DNA of 64,000 nt from NCBI GenBank assembly GCA_964478425.1, contig CAYZIB010000002.1, positions 13,200-77,199 of the forward strand, read 5' to 3'. The notes below the pieces were generated by a model, which was not told where the DNA came from, ran no database searches, and worked only from the letters and a program-made list of their open reading frames with translations. This DNA comes from an uncultured Anaeroplasmatales bacterium (GTDB taxonomy: Bacteria > Bacillota_I > Bacilli_A > Acholeplasmatales > WRBM01). Within the stretch, counting starts at the first letter, position 1. Every line of letters starts with the position of its first letter. This document shows positions 56,930 through 64,000 of the stretch, one piece after another. A program made the translations under genes and the position numbers.

Positions 56930-57469
56930 TTTTTGAATAGTAATTAAAAATGGAGGATTATTGATTTGGTTTATAAAATTATGCATAATTATACTATATT
57001 CTTTTTGATTATATTTTTTAAGTTTAGCTTTAATATATTTTGCTTCATCTAATCCATTTTGATGTCCTGGATAAAATACTAAAATTATAAAACCATTTTT
57101 GTTTAGTAATTTAAGTCCTTCTTTAATTGCCTTATAACTTTTATTTTTAGTAGTAGTTATATTTTTATCTCCTTTTGGTAAATAACCAAAATTGAATACA
57201 ATTAAATCAACTTTTGTATTAATATATTTATTAAAAAATTCATGAGAATCATTGATTAATTGATAATTATTGTAGTTATTATTTTTTAATAGGTTATTAG
57301 TGTTATTTATAGCTATTTCTTGGATATCAAAACCATATAAAAATTTAATATTTTGATTTAATAGAAAAAGGGAATCATTACCATTTCCAATGGTTGCATC
57401 AATGCAAACAAATGATTCATTAATAATATTTTTAAACATTAATTGCCATAATTCAATCACATTTTTCAT
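56924..57469 (-). CDS. mnmM: Class I SAM-dependent methyltransferase, YtqB family (reported as tRNA nm5s2U methyltransferase MnmM)
   Basis: About 181 aa from ATG 57469 (AAGGAG RBS). It has an IDATIGNGNDS SAM motif and the conserved pairing downstream of a YtqA-type radical SAM gene. It overlaps that gene by 17 nt. Confidence 0.65.
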   Translation of the reverse strand: MKNVIELWQLMFKNIINESFVCIDATIGNGNDSLFLLNQNIKFLYGFDIQEIAINNTNNLLKNNNYNNYQLINDSHEFFNKYINTKVDLIVFNFGYLPKGDKNITTTKNKSYKAIKEGLKLLNKNGFIILVFYPGHQNGLDEAKYIKAKLKKYNQKEYSIIMHNFINQINNPPFLITIQKL

Positions 57470-58388
57470 ATTTTTCTCCTTGATACCAATTGTTTTTTCG
57501 CATCTTTTTATCAATTTCATTCATAACAACAAATTTTTTTAATGTCCAAACAGGTTCAACTAATTCTTCTTTTGGACTATCACCTGTAAGTCTATGAATA
57601 ATAATATTTGGATTTAATTTTCTTATTTGCATACAGCATATATCAGTATATTCTTCAATTGATAAAACTTTAAAAGGATTTAAAAGATAATATTCATATA
57701 AACTTGTATTTTTCATTATATGCAGCATATGAATTTTAATACCATCAACTTTGGCTTTGTTAATTAGTTTTATAGTATTTAACATGTCTTCAATTGTTTC
57801 GTTTGGTAAACCATTTATTATATGAGCGACAACTTCAATATTCCTTTTTTTTAAATTTGAACAGGCATCTATAAATTCTAAATTTGTATGATTTATATTT
57901 AAATTTTTTTTGATTATATCATTTGCGGTCTGTAATCCTAATTCAATTTGAATTGGGATTTTTTTATTTAGTGTTTCTAAATAGTCATATATTTCATTGT
58001 TAAAACAATCAGGTCTGGTTGCTATTGAAATTTTAATGATTTTTTTATCATAATCAATAAATTTTTCGAAAATTTTTAATTTATTAATATCCCCATAAGT
58101 ATTTGAATTTGCTTGGAAATAAGGAATATATAATGTATCATTCCATTTTTGATTTTGACGAATTTTAATTTTTTCATATTGTGTTAAAATATCATCTTTT
58201 ATATTACCTGCGAAATCTCCACTTCCAGATTTAGAACAGAACATACATCCGTTTATACCCTTTAATCCAGTTTTATTTGGACATGTAAAATTTGCATTAA
58301 GAGGTACTTTAGTAACTTTTTTATTGTATAAACTTTTATAGTAATTAGATAGCGTATTATATCTTTTTTCATCTGTCATATAATTCAT
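57453..58388 (-). CDS. mnmL: TIGR01212/YtqA-family radical SAM protein (reported as MnmL)
   Basis: 311 aa. The N-terminal FTCPNK..GCMFCS cluster region and the overall YtqA pattern are present, and it is paired with the ytqB-like gene. Confidence 0.7.
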   Translation of the reverse strand: MNYMTDEKRYNTLSNYYKSLYNKKVTKVPLNANFTCPNKTGLKGINGCMFCSKSGSGDFAGNIKDDILTQYEKIKIRQNQKWNDTLYIPYFQANSNTYGDINKLKIFEKFIDYDKKIIKISIATRPDCFNNEIYDYLETLNKKIPIQIELGLQTANDIIKKNLNINHTNLEFIDACSNLKKRNIEVVAHIINGLPNETIEDMLNTIKLINKAKVDGIKIHMLHIMKNTSLYEYYLLNPFKVLSIEEYTDICCMQIRKLNPNIIIHRLTGDSPKEELVEPVWTLKKFVVMNEIDKKMRKNNWYQGEKYEKCD

Positions 58389-58452
58389 AAAATCACCAAA
58401 ATTATTATACCATATTTTTAATAAATATGATATAATTTTAGATGGTGGTTTT

Positions 58453-61400
58453 ATGCAAACAAAATTTGATATTTTTTTAGAACAATTACATATTAAAGAA
58501 AAAAAAGGTTTTGAAAATATTATTTTTCATCCAGTTACACTTGTTAAAAGTGAATCGATGTGGATTTTTAATGTTGAATTAGATGAACCTGTATCTATTA
58601 ATGACATAAGATATTTAAATGAAAAAATAAATATCTTTTTTAATCATAAAATAATAAAAAAAATAAAAATTAAATATCAATATAAAAAAATAACTCATGG
58701 AGAATACTTGATTGACTATTTTAATTTTATATTAAGTGAGTTAATTAAAGAAAAATCAAGTTTTCAAATTATTAAGAATTATAATATTAGATATTTTGAA
58801 CAAAATCTTTATTTAGAAGTTCCTAAAAATCAAAATGTGAATAGTTATATAAAAGAAATTTTAAATGAATTTAATGATCTTGGATTTAAAGATTTAAAAA
58901 TATTAATAGAAGAATCTAAAGAAATTGATATTGAAAATATAAAAAAGAAAAAAGAAGATGAACATATAGAACAAATTTTAAATAGTAAACCTACAATAGT
59001 TAAAGAAGTTAAAATTGTTTCTTCAAAACCTAAAAATGATAAAGTTTATACAAAAATATCAGAGATACCTCAAACTTCTAATGATATAAGTAGATATCAA
59101 GCCACAGTAGGTGAACCAATTTTCAATATTACTGGTGAAATTATTAAAATAGAATTAAAACAACTACCTAAAAGTACTTTATTAATATTGGATGTATATG
59201 ATAGTACAGATACAATTACTGTCCAACAATTTTTAAATAAAGAAGTTTTAATTGAAGAAGCAAGCAAATTAAAAGTTTCAGATATTATTCAAGTAAGAGG
59301 GATGGCTGTATTTGATAGTTATAGGAAGGATGTTATATTTAAAGCTAGCAATATAACATTTTTAAAAAATAAAGAAATAGTAGAAAAAAAGGATTTGGCA
59401 TTAGAAAAAAGAGTTGAATTACATGCTCATACAAAAATGAGTAATATAGATGGTTTAACTGAACCTAAAGATTTAATTAAAAAAGCATTACAATATAATC
59501 ATAAAGGGATTGCTATAACTGATAAAAATGGAGTTTATTCTTTTCCTGATATATATAATGCAACTAAAGGATTAGATGATTTTAAAGTTATTTATGGAAC
59601 AGAATTTGATTATATAGATGATCAAAATCAATTTAGATGTACATATTATGATACTGATTTTAATTTAGATGATATGACATATGTTGTTTATGACCTCGAA
59701 ACAACTGGTTTTCAAATTGAATATCAAGAAATAATAGAAATTGGTGCAGTTAAAATTAAAAATGGAGAAATAATTGATACATTTAGTGAATTTGTTAAAC
59801 CAAGCAAATTAATTTCAACTAAAATTAGTGAATTAACAAATATTACAAATGAAATGGTAGAAGATGCTAAACCAATAACTGATGTCTTACCAAGATTTAG
59901 AGATTTTTTTAATGGGTGTTGTTTAGTTGGACATAATATAAATTTTGATAATGGTTTTTTATTTTATAACTTGAATAAGTTAAATATAAATTTTAATTAT
60001 AATGGAGTTATAGATACATTAAATATAGCTAGATCTTTTTATAGTTCTATATTAAAGAGATATAATTTAAAAGATGTTTCAAAAGCATTTAAAGTTAAAT
60101 TGAGTGCTCATCATAGAGCTGTTAATGACTCTGATGCAACAGCAAATGTATTTATAGTAATGTTAAGAGATTTCAAAAAAATGAATATATTAACATATAA
60201 GGATATTGATTTAAATGTTAATAAACAAGAAATATGGAAAGGAATGATTCCTAAACATATTAATGTTTTAGCTTTAAATGAAACAGGATTAAAAAATTTA
60301 TTTAGACTTGTTAGTGATTCGTTAACAAAACATGTTCATAAAGGTCCAAGAATGTTTAAATCTGATATTTTAAAATATAAAGAAGGTTTAATAGTAGGAA
60401 GTGGATGTTATAAAGGTGAAGTTTTTGAAACTGCAATGAATAAAACATATAAAGAATTGTTAGATGTAATAGATTTTTATGATTATGTTGAAGTTCAACC
60501 TCCTTGTGGATATGCTCATTTATTTGAAAATTTTGATAATCCTTTAAAAGAAATAAAAGAAGTAATTATAAAAATTATAAATGCTGCAAAAGAAAAAGGT
60601 AAAATTGTAGTAGCAACAAGTGATACTCATTATTTAGAAAAAGAAGAACAACAATATTTTGATATACTTGTGAATATTAAACAAGTTGGTGGAGGGTTTC
60701 ATGATTTAAAAAAATATGAAAAATTGCCAGATAGACATTTTTTTACAACTGATGAAATGCTTTTAGAATTTCAATTTTTAGATCAAAAATTAAGACAAGA
60801 AATTGTAATTAAAAATCCAAACAAAATATTAGATATGGCAGAAAAATATCAAGTATTAAAAAAAGAGTTATATGCACCTGGAGATGATTTTTTAGTTGAT
60901 TATAACATTGATTCTGTTGAAGAAGATTTAAAAAGAATGGTAAATGAAAATGTTCATAATAAATATGGAGAAGTTTTACCAGAAATAGTTAGTGAAAGAG
61001 TAAATAAAGAATTAAATAGTATAATAACAAACAAATTTTCTACAATATATTATATGGCTCATTTATTAGTTAAAAAAAGTAGAGATGATGGATATGTTGT
61101 AGGATCTCGTGGATCTGTCGGTTCATCATTTGTTGCAACAATGATGAATATTACAGAAGTAAATCCTTTGTCTCCACATTATATTTGTCCTAATTGTAAA
61201 TTTTCTAGTTTTAAAATGAATGAAGAAGAAAAAGCAAAATATAAAATAAGAGACATAGAAAAAGATTTACAAAAAGAATTAGATAAAGTTGAATCTGGAT
61301 TTGATTTACCTGATAAATTTTGTCCATGTTGTAATCATAAACTATTAAAAGATGGGCATGATATTCCTTTTGAAACATTTTTAGGATTTAAAGGAGATAA

Positions 61401-62943
61401 AGTTCCGGATATAGATTTAAATTTTAGTGGTGATTATCAAGGAAATGCTCATAACTACGTAAAAGAATTGATGGGGGAAGAAAGAGCATTTAGATCAGGA
61501 ACTATTTCGACAATAGCTGAAAATACAGCTATTGGGTATGTAAAAGGTTATTTAGAAGAAAAAGGAATTATGAAAAGAAGAGCAGAAATATCACGCCTTG
61601 CAAGTCATATTAATGGAGTTAAAAGAACAACAGGACAACATCCTGGTGGAATTATAGTTGTTCCAAAATATAAAGAAATATATGATGTAACTCCAATTCA
61701 ATATCCTGCAGATGATAACTCATTAGAATGGAGAACAACCCATTTTGATTACCACAAATTTGAAGATAATTTATTAAAACTTGATATATTAGGACATGAT
61801 GATCCAACAGTATTAAAATTTTTAATGGATTACGTTAATTTACATCAAGATAAGTTTCCTTTTAGTACACCATACGATATTCCTATTGATGATAAAGAGG
61901 TTTATAAGTTATTTTGTGGATTAGAATCAATAAATTTAAAATGTGAACAAATAGATTCAACAGTAGGATCATATGCTGTTCCAGAGTTAGGAACTACATT
62001 TGTTAGAAAAATGCTTGAAGATACAAAACCAAAAACTTTTGCTGAGTTAGTAAAATTATCAGGTTTATCACATGGAACTGATGTTTGGACTAATAATGCA
62101 AAAGAATTAGTTAATGGAAATAAACCAGAATTTGGAAAAATAGATATAAAAAAGATTATAGGTTGTAGAGATGATATTATGGTTGATTTAATGTATATGG
62201 GTCTTGAACCAAGTAAAGCTTTTGAAATAATGGAATTTGTTCGTAAAGGAAAACCAGCAAAAAAAACAGATCCAAAAAAATGGGCAGATTATAAAGATTA
62301 TATGCAAAATAAAAATGTGCCTAGCTGGTATATTTGGAGTTGTGAACAAATTCAATATATGTTTCCAAAGGCACATGCTACAGCATATGTATTAAATGCA
62401 ATTAGAATTGCTTGGTTTAAAGTACACGCTCCTTTATTATTTTATAGTGCATATTTTTCTATAAGAGCTGCATATTATGATATAGAAGCAATGGTTAATG
62501 GTGCTAAAGCAATAAGAAATAAAATTGATGAAATAAAAAATCACGGTGATTTTAAAGAAACAGATGGTAGTGAAGATGAAGCATTAACTCCTGGTGCAAA
62601 GAAAAAAGATACAGATACAGTAACAGTATTATATGTAGCTTTAGAAATGGTTGAAAGAGGATATAAATTTTTAAAATGTGATATTAATAAATCAGATAGT
62701 AAAAAATTTATTATTGACGAAGAAAATAAAGCATTAATTATGCCTTTTGTTACAATTCCAGGATTAGGAGAAAATGCTGCAATTGACATAGTAGAAAAAA
62801 GACCTTTTAAATCTAAAAAAGATTTACAAAAAAGAGCAAAAGTTAATAAAACAGTTTATGATTTTATGTTAAATTTTGGATGTTTAGATAGTTTAGTTGA
62901 TGAAGATGAGCCTGATGAATTAAATTTATTTACTTTTTTATAA
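58453..62943 (+). CDS. polC: DNA polymerase III, PolC-type
   Basis: 1496 aa with a split PHP domain (ELHAHTKMS), an inserted DEDDh proofreading exonuclease (YVVYDLETTG .. HRAVNDSDAT), a Zn module (CPNC..CPCC) and the Pol III alpha core (GSRGSVGSSFVA). Confidence 0.95.
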   Translation: MQTKFDIFLEQLHIKEKKGFENIIFHPVTLVKSESMWIFNVELDEPVSINDIRYLNEKINIFFNHKIIKKIKIKYQYKKITHGEYLIDYFNFILSELIKEKSSFQIIKNYNIRYFEQNLYLEVPKNQNVNSYIKEILNEFNDLGFKDLKILIEESKEIDIENIKKKKEDEHIEQILNSKPTIVKEVKIVSSKPKNDKVYTKISEIPQTSNDISRYQATVGEPIFNITGEIIKIELKQLPKSTLLILDVYDSTDTITVQQFLNKEVLIEEASKLKVSDIIQVRGMAVFDSYRKDVIFKASNITFLKNKEIVEKKDLALEKRVELHAHTKMSNIDGLTEPKDLIKKALQYNHKGIAITDKNGVYSFPDIYNATKGLDDFKVIYGTEFDYIDDQNQFRCTYYDTDFNLDDMTYVVYDLETTGFQIEYQEIIEIGAVKIKNGEIIDTFSEFVKPSKLISTKISELTNITNEMVEDAKPITDVLPRFRDFFNGCCLVGHNINFDNGFLFYNLNKLNINFNYNGVIDTLNIARSFYSSILKRYNLKDVSKAFKVKLSAHHRAVNDSDATANVFIVMLRDFKKMNILTYKDIDLNVNKQEIWKGMIPKHINVLALNETGLKNLFRLVSDSLTKHVHKGPRMFKSDILKYKEGLIVGSGCYKGEVFETAMNKTYKELLDVIDFYDYVEVQPPCGYAHLFENFDNPLKEIKEVIIKIINAAKEKGKIVVATSDTHYLEKEEQQYFDILVNIKQVGGGFHDLKKYEKLPDRHFFTTDEMLLEFQFLDQKLRQEIVIKNPNKILDMAEKYQVLKKELYAPGDDFLVDYNIDSVEEDLKRMVNENVHNKYGEVLPEIVSERVNKELNSIITNKFSTIYYMAHLLVKKSRDDGYVVGSRGSVGSSFVATMMNITEVNPLSPHYICPNCKFSSFKMNEEEKAKYKIRDIEKDLQKELDKVESGFDLPDKFCPCCNHKLLKDGHDIPFETFLGFKGDKVPDIDLNFSGDYQGNAHNYVKELMGEERAFRSGTISTIAENTAIGYVKGYLEEKGIMKRRAEISRLASHINGVKRTTGQHPGGIIVVPKYKEIYDVTPIQYPADDNSLEWRTTHFDYHKFEDNLLKLDILGHDDPTVLKFLMDYVNLHQDKFPFSTPYDIPIDDKEVYKLFCGLESINLKCEQIDSTVGSYAVPELGTTFVRKMLEDTKPKTFAELVKLSGLSHGTDVWTNNAKELVNGNKPEFGKIDIKKIIGCRDDIMVDLMYMGLEPSKAFEIMEFVRKGKPAKKTDPKKWADYKDYMQNKNVPSWYIWSCEQIQYMFPKAHATAYVLNAIRIAWFKVHAPLLFYSAYFSIRAAYYDIEAMVNGAKAIRNKIDEIKNHGDFKETDGSEDEALTPGAKKKDTDTVTVLYVALEMVERGYKFLKCDINKSDSKKFIIDEENKALIMPFVTIPGLGENAAIDIVEKRPFKSKKDLQKRAKVNKTVYDFMLNFGCLDSLVDEDEPDELNLFTFL

Positions 62944-62977
62944 CAAAGTGATATAATTGTTTCATTAAAAAGAAAGG

Positions 62978-63718
62978 ATGATGGTTATGGCTAGAACAAA
63001 TAACCCAGTTTTATCAAGAATTGAAAAACAAAATGAATTTAATGCTTGTGAGGTTTGTACATATAATGGTGTTGCATTAAGAACAGGTATATTATTAGTT
63101 ATATCATTTCTTAGCGCTATATTTTGTATGATTGGTTTACAAAGATTTCCAGGAGTTGTTTTACCGTTACTTATAGTATCAAGTTTTTTAACATTCTTAT
63201 TTGTTTTATTTGGAAGTTTATCTATTAAGCTTGCTAAACCAATGAGTATATTAACTTCAATTTGTGAAGGATTATCGTTAGGATTATTAAGTTTATGTGC
63301 TGAAATTTATGTTGGTGGAGCTGTTGGCTTGGCTGTTTTTGTAACTTTTACAGTTTGTGCTGTAACATTAATGTTATACTGTAGTGGAGTTATCAGAGTA
63401 TCTAATAAATTTAGAAAAGTGATGAGTATATCATTAATTTCACTAGCAATAATAAGTGTATTTGTTTTATTAATCGATTTGATTTTTCCAGCATTTTTAC
63501 AAATTCCATATCCAATTATGATTTTAATCAGCGTTTGCTTAATATTATATGGAGCATTATTATTAGTATCTGACTTTGATAGAGTTGAAACATTAGTAAA
63601 TATGGGTGCTGATAAAAGATGTGAATGGCAATTAGCATTAGGAATTTTATTAGACATTGTATGGATTTATGTTGAAGTTATTAGATTAATAATACTTATT
63701 GCAAATAAAAATGATTGA
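62978..63718 (+). CDS. Bax inhibitor-1/YccA family membrane protein
   Basis: 246 aa (three clustered ATGs, so the exact start is uncertain). It has an N-terminal NNPVLSR motif and 7 TM helices. Confidence 0.7.
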   Translation: MMVMARTNNPVLSRIEKQNEFNACEVCTYNGVALRTGILLVISFLSAIFCMIGLQRFPGVVLPLLIVSSFLTFLFVLFGSLSIKLAKPMSILTSICEGLSLGLLSLCAEIYVGGAVGLAVFVTFTVCAVTLMLYCSGVIRVSNKFRKVMSISLISLAIISVFVLLIDLIFPAFLQIPYPIMILISVCLILYGALLLVSDFDRVETLVNMGADKRCEWQLALGILLDIVWIYVEVIRLIILIANKND

Positions 63719-63742
63719 CATTTTATATGTCAATTTTTTTTT
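63715..63742 (+). terminator. Intrinsic terminator overlapping the stop codon
   Basis: ttgacat-tttat-atgtcaa followed by T9. Confidence 0.7.
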
Positions 63743-63810
63743 AAAATAATTGCATTTTATGTATTAAATGATTATAATATTATTGTATTAACAAGAAACG
63801 GAGAGATAAC

Positions 63811-64000
63811 ATGAATAATTATTTTAAAAATCTAGAAAAATTTTATTCTGAACAACTAGATGAAACATTAAATTTTTGGTATAACCATGGATTTGATAAG
63901 AAAAATGGTGGATTTTATGTTTGCTTAGATAGAGATGGAAGCATATTTTCAACAGATAAATCAGTATGGGCACAAGGAAGAGCACTTTGGGTATTTTCAA
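63811..64000 (+). CDS. N-acylglucosamine 2-epimerase (AGE) family protein, 5' part only
   Basis: The start is ATG 63811 behind a GGAGAG RBS. LNFWYNHGFDKKNGGFYVCLDRDG and WAQGRALWVFS are typical of AGE/cellobiose-2-epimerase N-termini. The gene is cut by the window edge. Confidence 0.7.
   Translation, partial: MNNYFKNLEKFYSEQLDETLNFWYNHGFDKKNGGFYVCLDRDGSIFSTDKSVWAQGRALWVFS

Noticed and set aside
9630-63657. Short antisense or overlapping ORFs in the track: 9630-9836, 12189-12383, 14474-14659, 16872-17099, 18939-19184, 22770-22967, 25753-26250, 26491-26694, 29935-30126, 34062-34286, 40193-40414, 42079-42360, 42558-42821, 45019-45339, 47873-48064, 52672-52857, 62188-62376, 62541-62789 and 63307-63657.
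   Set aside because: Each lies entirely inside, or antisense to, a long ORF with clear family motifs. Their translations are low-complexity (I/L/F/S/N-rich) with no RBS or motif. They are shadow ORFs.
1-64000. Possibility of a Mollicutes-type genetic code (TGA read as Trp), given the AT-richness and the Mollicutes-like ClpB/CIRCE arrangement.
   Set aside because: TGA terminates several conserved genes at their expected ends (lipid kinase 13328-13330, fic 18363-18365, rlmD-like 22102-22104, nnr, BI-1). All long conserved ORFs are unbroken under the standard code.
1-64000. CRISPR arrays, transposases or integrases, prophage genes, and toxin-antitoxin pairs.
   Set aside because: I saw no regularly spaced direct repeats and no recombinase, transposase or phage-structural motifs in any frame. 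Apart from the SMC-like module, the window looks like core chromosome.

Overview
This is a very AT-rich, gene-dense chromosomal window with about 56 protein genes, 2 tRNAs, no rRNA, no CRISPR array and no recognisable mobile element. The host looks like a low-GC Bacillota/Mycoplasmatota-like bacterium. It has a PolC-type replicase and uses the standard genetic code (TGA ends several conserved genes). Its ClpB lacks the N-domain and sits behind a CIRCE operator, a Mollicutes-like trait. Most genes are housekeeping: pepT, M19 dipeptidase, typA, fhs, gmk-rpoZ-uvrC, rqcH, a heterodimeric ABC exporter, nfnAB-like redox genes, nnr, Fe-ADH, malQ, the ytqA/ytqB pair, polC, and ion transporters. All calls come from reading motifs, sizes and gene order in the supplied translations; I ran no database search. 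The observations most worth follow-up are: (1) A translationally coupled three-gene MukFEB/MksFEB/Wadjet-like SMC module at 6359-11623. It ends in a terminator and has no fourth, JetD/MksG-type nuclease gene. (2) An intact 504-codon leucyl-tRNA-synthetase-derived ORF that has lost the HIGH motif and the KMSKS half, so it is a probable pseudo-synthetase. (3) A nucleosidase-like gene overlapping a spore-photoproduct-lyase-like radical SAM gene. (4) A class II self-inhibited Fic protein co-transcribed with an EF-G paralogue whose catalytic His is replaced by Ser. (5) A GC-enriched structured leader upstream of a CorC/HlyC-type transporter. Smaller items are a LysR regulator split at a homopolymer, hairpins that directly abut ribosome-binding sites, and a recurrent terminator stem.
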